A stretch of DNA of 64,000 nt from an uncultured delta proteobacterium (GTDB taxonomy: Bacteria; Desulfobacterota; Zymogenia; Zymogenales; Zymogenaceae): NCBI GenBank assembly GCA_963792965.1, contig CAWBYW010000007.1:352001-416000 (forward strand). The letters are read 5' to 3'. Each line of letters opens with the position of its first letter. The first letter of the stretch is position 1. Below, piece by piece: positions 30,369 through 39,774 of this stretch. The notes under the pieces were generated by a model. The model did no database searches, was not told the origin of the DNA, and saw only the letters and a list, made by a program, of their open reading frames with translations. The translations under genes were made by a program, and so were the position numbers.

Positions 30369-32101
30369 ATGGCAACGGCGAATAAAAAGGAACCCGCGCG
30401 CGTCACGACGCCCGCGGCGGATAAAATGGTAACCGGCGGCGAGCTTGTCGTGAGGGCACTCGAGAAAAAGGGGGTTGAGTATATCTTTACGCTGAGCGGA
30501 GGGCACATCGCCCCGATCTACCAGCACCTGTTCGAGTCCGACATCAAGCTCTTTGACACGAGACACGAACAGGCGGCCGTCTTCATGGCCGATGCCTATG
30601 CACGGCTGACCGGCAGGCCCGGCGTGGCGCTGGTTACCGCCGGCCCCGGTTTTACCAACGCCGTCACCGGCGTCGCCAACGCGCGCATGGCGGGCACGCC
30701 CGTGGTCCTCCTCTCGGGGAGGATAGGGCTGAAGATGGACGAGCGGCTCGACCTGCAGGAGATCGAGCAGCGAAACGTCATCGCCCCCATCACAAAGTGG
30801 GCAAAGACCGTCACGAACGCGTCGCGCATCCCGGAATTCATTGACATGGCCTTCAAGATAGCCTCCTCGGGAAATCCCGGGCCCACCTTCCTCGAATTCC
30901 CCGTGGACGTGCTGACGACGAGCGCCGTCGAAGAGCACGTCAAGTTCCTCGACACCCCCTTCCCTCTCCGGTCGATGGGAGACCCAAAGGACATCGCGGC
31001 CGCTGCGGACCTGATCTTGTCCGCGAAACGCCCCATCATCGTCGCCGGGAGCGGCGCCCGCTTTTCGGGGGCCGACAGGTCCGTCAGCCAGCTTGTCGAC
31101 GCGACGGGGATTCCCCTCTTCACCCTCTCCATGGGCAAGGGGACACTGTCGGAGGATCACCCGCTCTGCTTCGGGCCGGCGCTTGTGATCCGTCCCGGCG
31201 CGGCGGGAGCGGCCGTCACGTCGGCCGACGTGATCATCCTGCTGGGCACCCGGATAAACCTCTTCACGATGTTCGGCGATATCTTTCCAAAAGACGCCAG
31301 GATCATCCAGGTCAACATCGACCCGGAGGAGATCGGCAGGAACAAGCATATCGACGCCGCGATAATGGGCGACGTGGGGCTGGTCGCGGGCCAGCTGCGG
31401 GAGGCACTTTCCGGGAAGCTGGAAAAGGACTCTTTTGCCGGCTGGGCCAAGGAGCTGATCAAGCAGCGCGACTTTTCCCTCGATTCGGTCAAGGGAAACC
31501 TCACCTCCGACAAGATCCCCATTCACCCCCAGCGTCTCATGCGGGAGATCGACGAGTTCATCGGAGACGACGGGATTGTCGTCGCCGACGGCGGCGACAC
31601 CTCCATCTGGATGGGGATGACACGGAAGACCTATTGCCACGGCGATTATCTCGAGTCCGGCCTCTTCGGATGCCTCGGGGTGGGAATCCCCTTCGCGCTG
31701 AGCGCAAAGCTCCTGAACCCGAAGAAGCGGTCATCCTCGTCACCGGCGACGGCTCGCTCGGCTTCAACTTCATGGAGCTCTCCACCGCCCTCCGCTTCAA
31801 GCTCCCGATCGTCGTCGTGGTAAGCAACGACCTCGGGTGGGGGATGATCCGCCACAGCCAGGGCCTCAAGTTCGGCCCCGGCAAAAATATCGCGACAGAG
31901 CTGGGGCTGGTCCCCTACCACAAGATGGTCGAGGCGATGGGCGGATACGGACAGCTCGTCGAAAAGCCGGGCGAGATAAAAGGCGCGCTGGCGCGTGCGT
32001 TCGACTCGGGAAAGGTCTCGCTCATCAATGTGCTGACCGACCCCGACGTGATCAGCCCCGGAAGTTATGCCCTGGCAAACATCGCCGCCTCGGCATATTA
32101 G
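30369..32101 (+). CDS. Thiamine-diphosphate-dependent enzyme (acetolactate synthase / 2-hydroxyacyl-CoA lyase-like); frameshift near 31728
   Basis: LSGGHI, RHEQAAVFMA, TAGPGFTN, GCLGVGIPF, then the GDGSLGF...ND ThDP-binding motif. Confidence 0.9.
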
Positions 32102-32194
32102 AGGGGCGCTTTAAAGCATCCTTTTGTGGAGTCCCGTTACGGAACGGACGGAGACGCTGTATACTTTAGTTCTTGCGTATGAGGAGCATTGCCC

Positions 32195-33745
32195 ATGACC
32201 GCGACCCCGAAACCTGCATTTCTTGAAACCGTCAAAAAGAATAGAGACATCCTCTTCTTCTTCCTTGCCGCCGTCATCGCGCTGATCGTCTTTTACGCCC
32301 CGTTGCCCGACGTCATCCACCTTGGAGGCAAGACCGCCGACCTCACCTATCAGGGTCGCATCACCCTGGCTCTCCTTTCCTTCGCCATCGTCATGTGGGT
32401 CACGGAGGCTACCTCCTTTGCGATCACGTCTATCCTGGTGATGATCCTGATGGCGCTGTTGGGGGCCACCGAGGGGATGTCGATTATCACCGACAAGGGC
32501 ACGGCGGTCGTGCACGGCGCAGCGGACGGCCTGGTGGAGCTCATCAAAATGGGCTTCGGCAACAGCCTCCTCTTCTTCTTTCTCGGTGTCTTTCTCTTGA
32601 CGGGCGCCTTCGTGAAATCGGGGCTTGGGGAGCGGATGACGCTCTTGATCCTGAGGGTCCTCGGGACCGGCACCCGGATGGTCGTCCTCGGCTTCCTTAT
32701 CATGGGGACGATAATGTCCATGTGGGTGACCGATATGGCGGTCGCCGCCCTCATGACGCCGCTGGCCGTCGCCCTCCTCAGAAGCGCAGGTATCAAGCCG
32801 GGAGCGAGCAACTTCGGCCGCGCCCTCATGATCTCCTGCTGCTGGGGAGCGGTTTTCGGAGGAATCGGGACACCCGCCGGCTGCGGCCCAAACCCCATTG
32901 CAATCCAGTACCTGAATAACCTTGCGGGGATGCACGTCACGTTCCTCGATTGGATGAAGATCGGCGTGCCGGCGGCGCTGATTCTGGTCCCCTTCGGCTG
33001 GCTCGTGCTGATTCTGATGTTCCCGCCGGAGATCAAGCGCCTTCCCATGGAAAAGCACGAGATTAAGATGCGGCTCAAGGAAAAGGGGCGGCTCACCCGA
33101 CCGGAGATCATCACGCTTTCCGTCTTCCTTTCGGTCATCGTGCTGTGGATGGCCACCGATCTCATCAAGGCGGCCACCGGGGGCGCGGTCGTTCTCTCCA
33201 TGGAGATGGTGGCCATGGTAGGCGGTCTCGTATTCTTTCTGCCGGGCATCCGGATCCTGACGTGGGAGGAGGCCGAGCCCCTGATGAACTGGGACTCTAT
33301 CGTCTTGGTGCTCGCCTCCTTGGCGCTGGGGCTCATGATGTTCAAGACAGGGGCGGCCCGCTGGCTCTCCTGGATCCTCCTGGGCAATATCACCGGGTTT
33401 TCTCCCCTCTTACAGATCGGTATGGTGATCGCGGCGGTGCTGTTCATGAAACTCTTTTTGTCTTCGAATACCGTCAGCGGTATCATCGTCATCCCGCTCC
33501 TCATCACGCTGGCCGGAGACCTCGGCCTCGACCCCTGGTTCCTCGTGGCCCCGGCGGCCTTCACCGCGTCCCTCGGGATCATCCTTTTGACACAGTCCCC
33601 CACGAACATCATCCCCTACACGTCTGGCTATTTCTCGATCAAAGACTTTGCCCTCTCGGGTATCGTGATGACGGTGGTTATGATTGTCCTCTTGTCCCTG
33701 ACGATCTACGTGGTGGGACCGCTTATGGGGGTATACAAGTTCTAA
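32195..33745 (+). CDS. DASS/SLC13 family anion:Na+ symporter
   Basis: WVTEA, LSMW-like MSMWVTD, GGIGTPAGCGPN, FLSSN; many transmembrane helices. Confidence 0.9.
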   Translation: MTATPKPAFLETVKKNRDILFFFLAAVIALIVFYAPLPDVIHLGGKTADLTYQGRITLALLSFAIVMWVTEATSFAITSILVMILMALLGATEGMSIITDKGTAVVHGAADGLVELIKMGFGNSLLFFFLGVFLLTGAFVKSGLGERMTLLILRVLGTGTRMVVLGFLIMGTIMSMWVTDMAVAALMTPLAVALLRSAGIKPGASNFGRALMISCCWGAVFGGIGTPAGCGPNPIAIQYLNNLAGMHVTFLDWMKIGVPAALILVPFGWLVLILMFPPEIKRLPMEKHEIKMRLKEKGRLTRPEIITLSVFLSVIVLWMATDLIKAATGGAVVLSMEMVAMVGGLVFFLPGIRILTWEEAEPLMNWDSIVLVLASLALGLMMFKTGAARWLSWILLGNITGFSPLLQIGMVIAAVLFMKLFLSSNTVSGIIVIPLLITLAGDLGLDPWFLVAPAAFTASLGIILLTQSPTNIIPYTSGYFSIKDFALSGIVMTVVMIVLLSLTIYVVGPLMGVYKF

Positions 33746-33830
33746 GGGAGAGGGTAGATATTTTCTGTTTACTTTTTTTTGCGACCATCTATAATGGCGT
33801 GCATCGTTTCATCACACTGAGGGAGGAACT

Positions 33831-35025
33831 ATGGCTACAGTTGCCTTGATTGCCTTCTATATCCTTTTCCCGGTCTTGGTCATCTACCTTTGCCACAGGT
33901 ACCCCACCGTGGATAAGATCGGCGCGGTAATCTTCTGTTACGCCGCGGGGATTCTTATCGGGAACATCGGGATACTTCCCGCAAACAGCTTCAAGACCAT
34001 CGACCTGGTCATGACGATCGCCATCCCGTTGTCGCTACCCCTGCTCCTCTTTTCCATTGACATACGGAAGTGGTCACGGCTCGCGGGCAAGACCCTCTTT
34101 TCGATGTTCCTGGCGACCATTTCCATCGTGATTATCTCGTTTATCTCCTTTTTGATCTTCAGAAAGTCGCTTCCCGAGGGCTGGAAGATCGCGGGTATGC
34201 TCATGGGCTGTCTACACCGGCGGTACGCCAAACCTCGCGGCCATCGGCACGGCGCTGAAGGTCAATCCCACCACCTTTATCATGGTGCAGACTGCCGATG
34301 TTATCTTCAGCTCACTCTATATCTTCTTTCTTGTCACGATCGCACAGCGGGTATTTCTCCTGGTCCTCCCTCCATTCAAGAAGACCGCTGTCGCGGCGCA
34401 GGAGATCACCGGAGGGGAGTTCACCGACTACACGGGTATATTCTCAAAGGCGAAATTGTTTCCCCTCATCGCCGCATTCTTCCTTTCCATCCTGATATTT
34501 GCCGTGAGCGCCGGGATCATGTACGGCCTGCCGCCGGTCCTCTCGCGGATATCGAGCAATTTTGATCCCGAAAAGTACAAGCTTTTCGAGATCGCGATCA
34601 TCGTCCTCTCGATCACGACCCTCGGTATACTCGCCTCCCTTGTCCCGAAGGTCAGAAACATCGACAAGACCTTTCAGCTTGGGATGTATATCATACTCGT
34701 CTTCTGCACGGCCGTAGGGTCTCTCGCGAATCTCACCAAGCTCTTCACCATGGCCCCCGAGATCATGGTCTTCGTCGCGATCTGCGTTTTTGCGACCCTG
34801 ATTCTGCAGGTGATCCTCTCGATCCCCTTCAAGATCGACGCCGATACCACGATCATCGTCTCCACCTCGGCGATCTGCTCCCCGCCCTTCGTCCCGGTGG
34901 TGGCCGGCGCACTCAAGAACAAAGAGATCGTCTTTTCCGGGGTCACCACGGGCATCATCGGGTACGCCATCGGGAACTACCTCGGCATCACGCTCGGTTA
35001 TCTCTACCACGCGTTCTTCCCATAA
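33831..35025 (+). CDS. DUF819 family membrane protein; frameshift near 34207
   Basis: IPLSLPLLLFSIDIR, restored AVYTGGTPN, ICSPPFVPVVA, GYAIGNYLG. Confidence 0.82.
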
Positions 35026-35089
35026 TCTCACGTGACGCCTTTGTGACGATCGGTTAAATGGCTTCGCGCGCCTCGGATGTGAATAAATC

Positions 35090-35130
35090 AAAAAACCGTC
35101 TTCCTCTCTTCTTTGAGGAAAACGGTTTTT
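35090..35130. terminator. Bidirectional terminator
   Basis: AAAAAACCGTCTTCCTC...GAGGAAAACGGTTTTT between convergent genes. Confidence 0.75.
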
Positions 35131-35157
35131 CATTATAAAGGCCAGGGTGTTGTCCCC

Positions 35158-36222
35158 TTAGCCGTGCGCCTTTTTTTGGAACCTTCCGGGTATCTTTTGT
35201 CCGCATTTCGGGCAGGATGACTCGACAAGTTTCACAATAACCGACTCCTCCTCTCTCCGATCGATGAGGAGTTCGTCGCAGGAGGGGCAGTAGGTGTTCT
35301 CGTACGGATGGCCGAAGACGTTACCGAGATAGGGGTATTTGAGCCCCTCTTCCTTGGCCATCCGGTAGATCTCCTCGAGGGTGTCGATCGGCGTGGCGGG
35401 ATAGCTATCCCATCGATAGTGTGGGGTGAACTTCGTGATATGCCACGGGGTATCCGGGCCGACTTCCTTGACAATCCATCCGACGAGGCGTCTGAGCTCA
35501 TCCCGATCGTCGTTTACGCCGGGGATGACGTTGGTGACCAGCTCCACGTGTATCCCCCAGCGGTGCCTGGCCCTCTTGACCATCTCCAGTATCTCTCTGA
35601 AGTCCACGATTCCCGCGATCTTCCGATAGGTCTTTTCCGAGAACCCTTTGATATCCACCCGAAAGACATCGAGATGCTGGCCGATGAAGTCCAGCGCGTC
35701 GCTGGTGAGGTAGCCGTTGGTCACCCAGCAGGTCCAGAGCCCCGCCTCCCTGGCGAGCGCCATCCCTCGCGCGGCGTACTCCACCCACAGCGTCGGCTCG
35801 TTGTAGGTGAACGACAGGCCGTCCGTCCGTTCCCGATGGGATATCTCTATGAGCACCTCCGGCGCGAGGTATTCCGTGGACCTTTTTCCCGAGCCGTCAT
35901 CGATGCAATAGGACCCATTGGCGTCGGGGGCCGCGTGGGCGATCTCCCAGTTCTGGCAGCCGGGACAGGTGAAATTGCATCCCACTGAGCCGACCGAAAG
36001 CCATTGCGAGCCCGGGAAGAAATGAAAGATCGGTTTTTGCTCGATGGGGGCCACCGCCATCGACGAGACAAAACCGTAGGTGAGTGAGAAGACCTTTCCC
36101 CCCTTGTTGATCCTCGTTTTGCACCATCCCATCGTGCCTATCGGCATGATGCACCTTCTCAGACAGACGCGGCACTGCGTTCTCTTGTCATCGAGCCTGC
36201 TGTAGAGCGACGCGTGGTGCAT
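35158..36222 (-). CDS. AmmeMemoRadiSam-type radical SAM enzyme
   Basis: CRVCLRRC...GWC, PIEQKPIFHFFPG, GCNFTCPGCQNWEI, TYNEPT, C-terminal CPSC/CPKC. Confidence 0.9.
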   Translation of the reverse strand: MHHASLYSRLDDKRTQCRVCLRRCIMPIGTMGWCKTRINKGGKVFSLTYGFVSSMAVAPIEQKPIFHFFPGSQWLSVGSVGCNFTCPGCQNWEIAHAAPDANGSYCIDDGSGKRSTEYLAPEVLIEISHRERTDGLSFTYNEPTLWVEYAARGMALAREAGLWTCWVTNGYLTSDALDFIGQHLDVFRVDIKGFSEKTYRKIAGIVDFREILEMVKRARHRWGIHVELVTNVIPGVNDDRDELRRLVGWIVKEVGPDTPWHITKFTPHYRWDSYPATPIDTLEEIYRMAKEEGLKYPYLGNVFGHPYENTYCPSCDELLIDRREEESVIVKLVESSCPKCGQKIPGRFQKKAHG

Positions 36223-36337
36223 GGTCAGGACTCTCCCCTATTCTTTTGAAATTCCACACTGCCTGTGGTAATCTTATACATCCAGCGCGAAACAACTTAT
36301 TATCATAGTACAGAATACGGGGAAATGCAAAGCAATC

Positions 36338-37324
36338 ATGCCCGATAAAATCCTTATCACTCGACAAATCCCGGGGGAAGGTCTGGCCGTTATAGAGGGC
36401 GACTATGACCTTGTCGTCAACGAACACGACCGCCCGATGACTCCCGATGAGCTCTTGGCCGGTGTCAAAGACGCGGTGGGACTATTGTGTCTCCTGACGG
36501 ACAGGATCGACGGTGTGCTCATGGACGCCGCCCCCCGCCTTTTGGGGATCGCCAACTATGCCGTCGGATACGACAACATCGACATCGCAGACGCGACCGT
36601 ACGGGGAATTCCCGTCTCCAACACCCCCGGCGTCCTCACCGACGCGACCGCGGAGTTGGCCGTGGCCCTTATCTTCGCCTGTGCCCGGAGGATATGCGAG
36701 GCTGAGCGCCACCTCAGGACGGGGCTGTGGAACGGGTGGGCGCCGATGCAATTTCTTGGGACCGATATCAAGGGCGCAACCCTCGGTATCGTCGGCATGG
36801 GAAAGATCGGCCAGGCCGTGGCTGTGCGCGGGCACGGCCTCGGGATGAGGATCGCCTATTGTGACGAAACGCCGATAGGCGAAAGGAGGCTTGGCCTTAC
36901 GGCTGAGCGCGTCGAGCTCGGCGAACTCCTCGCCGGCTCCGACTTCGTATCTCTGCATGTCCCCCTGACGGAAGGGACGCGCCACCTGATCGGGAAAAGG
37001 GAGCTTGCCATGATGAAACCGACGGCCTTCCTCATCAATACCTCCCGGGGGCCGGTGGTGGACGAGGCGGCGCTTGCCGAGGCCCTCGAAAAGGGGGTCA
37101 TCCGCGGCGCGGGGCTTGATGTCTATGAAGGGGAGCCGAAGGTGCATCCCGGGCTGTTGAGTATCGAGAGCTGCGTGCTCCTCCCCCACATCGCAAGCGC
37201 CACGCGGTCGGCTCGCACTAACATGGCGATCATGGCCGGCACGAATCTCGCGGCAATGATCGAGGACAGAGAAATTCCCAATCTCATCAATCCCGACTAC
37301 ACCAATAACAGAAGAAAGAGGTAG
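36338..37324 (+). CDS. D-2-hydroxyacid dehydrogenase (glyoxylate/hydroxypyruvate reductase-like)
   Basis: AVGYDNID, NTPGVLT, GMGKIG, INTSRG, LDVYEGEP, LPHIAS. Confidence 0.93.
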   Translation: MPDKILITRQIPGEGLAVIEGDYDLVVNEHDRPMTPDELLAGVKDAVGLLCLLTDRIDGVLMDAAPRLLGIANYAVGYDNIDIADATVRGIPVSNTPGVLTDATAELAVALIFACARRICEAERHLRTGLWNGWAPMQFLGTDIKGATLGIVGMGKIGQAVAVRGHGLGMRIAYCDETPIGERRLGLTAERVELGELLAGSDFVSLHVPLTEGTRHLIGKRELAMMKPTAFLINTSRGPVVDEAALAEALEKGVIRGAGLDVYEGEPKVHPGLLSIESCVLLPHIASATRSARTNMAIMAGTNLAAMIEDREIPNLINPDYTNNRRKR

Positions 37325-37328
37325 CCCG

Positions 37329-37748
37329 ATGCAGTGGCGAAAGGAAAGAGACGCGTATATCATACGGATTGGCCTCGACGAGGCCGTGGAGGAGTCTTTA
37401 CTCATATTTGGACAAAAGGCGGACGTCCAGTCCGGCCAGTTCTGGGGGATTGGTGCGGTCAAGAAGGTCGTGCTCGGGTATTACGATCTGTCGGATAAGA
37501 CCTATCTCAAAAAAGAGATGCCCGGCTCATGGGAGCTTCTGTCACTCACCGGAACCCTCGCAAGAACCCGGGAAGGTCCGATCATTCACATGCACGGGCT
37601 CTTTTCCGACGCGGAATTCAAGACGGTCGGCGGCCACGTATTTTCCCTCACGACCGCCGCAACGGTGGAGATATACCTCGTCGTTCTCAAGTCCGGCCTC
37701 CTGAGGAGCTACGACGAGCAGACCGGGCTCAATCTCCTGGACCTCTGA
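37329..37748 (+). CDS. PPC/DUF296 domain protein
   Basis: GIGAV, ELLSLTG, HMH, GGH, TVEI. Confidence 0.88.
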   Translation: MQWRKERDAYIIRIGLDEAVEESLLIFGQKADVQSGQFWGIGAVKKVVLGYYDLSDKTYLKKEMPGSWELLSLTGTLARTREGPIIHMHGLFSDAEFKTVGGHVFSLTTAATVEIYLVVLKSGLLRSYDEQTGLNLLDL

Positions 37749-37805
37749 GTTCCCCGACGGTGAGAAGACTGCCGCTTTCCCGTGAGGAAACCGTATATAA
37801 GGAAA

Positions 37806-37825
37806 AAGGGGCCGTTTGGCCCCTT
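37806..37825. terminator. Terminator hairpin between convergent DUF296 gene and tRNA-Met
   Basis: AAGGGGCC-GTTT-GGCCCCTT, with an A run upstream giving a U tract on the minus strand. Confidence 0.7.
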
Positions 37826-37836
37826 ATAGTTAAATA

Positions 37837-37913
37837 TGGTGGCGGTGCAGGGATTTGAACCCCGGACACTGCGGATATGAGCCGCATGCTCTGACCGACT
37901 GAGCTACACCGCC
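37837..37913 (-). tRNA. tRNA-Met(CAT), elongator type
   Basis: GGCGGTGTAGCTCAGTCGGTCAGAGCATGCGGCTCATATCCGCAG...GTTCAAATCC...CCGCCACCA; G1:C72 paired, CCA encoded. Confidence 0.95.
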
Positions 37914-39512
37914 CTAAAAGTTCAGCTCATAGATCAAGATCCCGCTCTTAGCCGGAACCAGGGCCGTCATCTCGGTCGAGTAAACAACGGCAACGACCAG
38001 CTCATCGATCCCATCCGAGTCGATATCTTTGATCTGATAGTCTGCAATATACCCGTCTATGAGACGTGAGCGCCAATTCTCGGAGAGGTTTACGCCGTCC
38101 CATTGGAGGTTGAAGACATTGCTCGTTTTGTAGAGCCGAAACTTCGGCAACAGGTTCAATGTCTCGCTTATGTTCTTCTCGACGAGCACCTCGGGGATGT
38201 TGTCATGATTCAAATCGGTTATAAAGATCCTCGGCTGAATATAGATATCCCCCTCGCCCGGCAGCGTATCCGCCCCTCTGTTGGCCTCTTCCTCTTTTTT
38301 GGCCGTGCTGAAATAGTTAGTCGTGCCGCCCCAGTAATCCTTGCTCTTCCATTTGGCCGTGCCGTCCATCGCGTCGACCTCGAGGTGATTGTCATTGTTC
38401 AGCCTAACCACCTCGGGCTTGCCGTCCTTATCAATATCCACGGGAAGCGCCAGGCCGAAGATTGACGTGCCCGAGGGATAGTCGACGGAGAGCCCCTGGA
38501 CATATTCCCCATCCTTATATTCGACCCTGTAAATGCCGCCGTAGAACCCGCCGGACATCCCCATCTTCTGGCAAAAGAGGACAGGCTCTTCCCCGGGCCG
38601 GCTAAAGGCACGGAAAAAGAGATCGATATTCTTTTGGATCTTCTCAAGCTTCTTCTTGGACGTATTGTATTCGAGCACGAAGGACGAAAGTCTGCCCTTA
38701 TTGACATTGGTGACGAATATCTCCGTCCGGCCGTTTCCGTTTAAATCCAACGCGTCCAGCGACAGGAAATTATCTGCGGCCCCGCCGCTGAATTTATTAA
38801 AGAACTCGAATTCTTCCTTGCCACGTTTATATACCCAGATATCGTTCTTATCCATTACGAGAGTTTCGTTGACGCCGTCACCGTCGATGTCGCCGACATC
38901 GACGCCCTTGATCTGGATATCCCAAAACGGGCTTTTCCTGAAATCGGTCTTACTCATCAGGTCGCGCGTGGCGAATATGAAGTTGGGGTTGTCCACCTGC
39001 TCTCCCATATATCCCGCGATCCCTTCCTTCGGTATGTAGCCAAGAATCTTGAAGTTCATGTTTCGCGCAAATTCGTTGACTTTCGGGATGAGAGAGTCAA
39101 GACCGCTTCCCTGGGCGAATATGGAGGTGGACTGCTCCTTCTTCTTGACGTTGAACATCTTGGCGTCCAATGAAAACGCGTCACCGAGCTTCGTAAGTGC
39201 ACCGAGGATGACGTAATCGGCCCCGAGCCTCTTTCCAAGTGACTCGGCGTTATCGATCGTCATTGACGTTTCATATTCTTTTCCGAGGGACCGAACGACT
39301 GTGTTTCTCTCCATTACCGTGATCCTCTCGTCGACCGAGAGGCGCGAGGCGATCATGTCGTAGAGAGCGCCCTCAAGGTAGTCAAGCTTTTCGGGGCTGT
39401 TAACCTTAAACGGGATGATCGCGACCTTAATTTTATCCGCGCCGAAAGAGGCAGCGGGGAAAATCAGACACAAGATGAAAAAACAAACGATGATGAGTCG
39501 AACGTTCTTCAT
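37914..39512 (-). CDS. Secreted FG-GAP/VCBS-repeat protein with an N-terminal TolB-N/CsgG-like domain
   Basis: Signal peptide (…AASFG/ADKIKVAIIPF); repeated DxDxDG motifs (DIDGDG, DLNGNG, DIDKDG, DLNHDN, DIDSDG). Confidence 0.85.
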   Translation of the reverse strand: MKNVRLIIVCFFILCLIFPAASFGADKIKVAIIPFKVNSPEKLDYLEGALYDMIASRLSVDERITVMERNTVVRSLGKEYETSMTIDNAESLGKRLGADYVILGALTKLGDAFSLDAKMFNVKKKEQSTSIFAQGSGLDSLIPKVNEFARNMNFKILGYIPKEGIAGYMGEQVDNPNFIFATRDLMSKTDFRKSPFWDIQIKGVDVGDIDGDGVNETLVMDKNDIWVYKRGKEEFEFFNKFSGGAADNFLSLDALDLNGNGRTEIFVTNVNKGRLSSFVLEYNTSKKKLEKIQKNIDLFFRAFSRPGEEPVLFCQKMGMSGGFYGGIYRVEYKDGEYVQGLSVDYPSGTSIFGLALPVDIDKDGKPEVVRLNNDNHLEVDAMDGTAKWKSKDYWGGTTNYFSTAKKEEEANRGADTLPGEGDIYIQPRIFITDLNHDNIPEVLVEKNISETLNLLPKFRLYKTSNVFNLQWDGVNLSENWRSRLIDGYIADYQIKDIDSDGIDELVVAVVYSTEMTALVPAKSGILIYELNF

Positions 39513-39774
39513 ATCGCCCCTCAAAAGAGATTGATCAATTTTTCTACTATTACCATCGAATCTTTTCAAAGTCAAGGAAATTATCCTCGGCAGGCGGGGC
39601 AGCGTTTTCCCCCGCCTCGGAAATGCGGGAGAAAACTCGACTGCTTTGTCAAGAACAACTCTCTCGTTACCTTTGCATCACGGAATAAAGCTCGGCGACA
39701 AATGTCGGACTGGTAAACGCGAAGCCGTAAGGGAAAGGAAACCCGAGCGGATTACCCGACGGGTCCGATCTGAC

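Noticed and set aside
30297-33612. Long antisense ORFs (e.g. 30297-31640 and 32350-33612; also 15538-16743, 40288-41562, 52462-53979)
   Set aside because: Shadow ORFs expected opposite GC-rich genes; no protein motifs
25151-34210. Programmed frameshifting or phase variation
   Set aside because: Runs are only 2-5 nt, with no slippery heptamers or long simple repeats, and both gains and losses occur, which fits sequencing error
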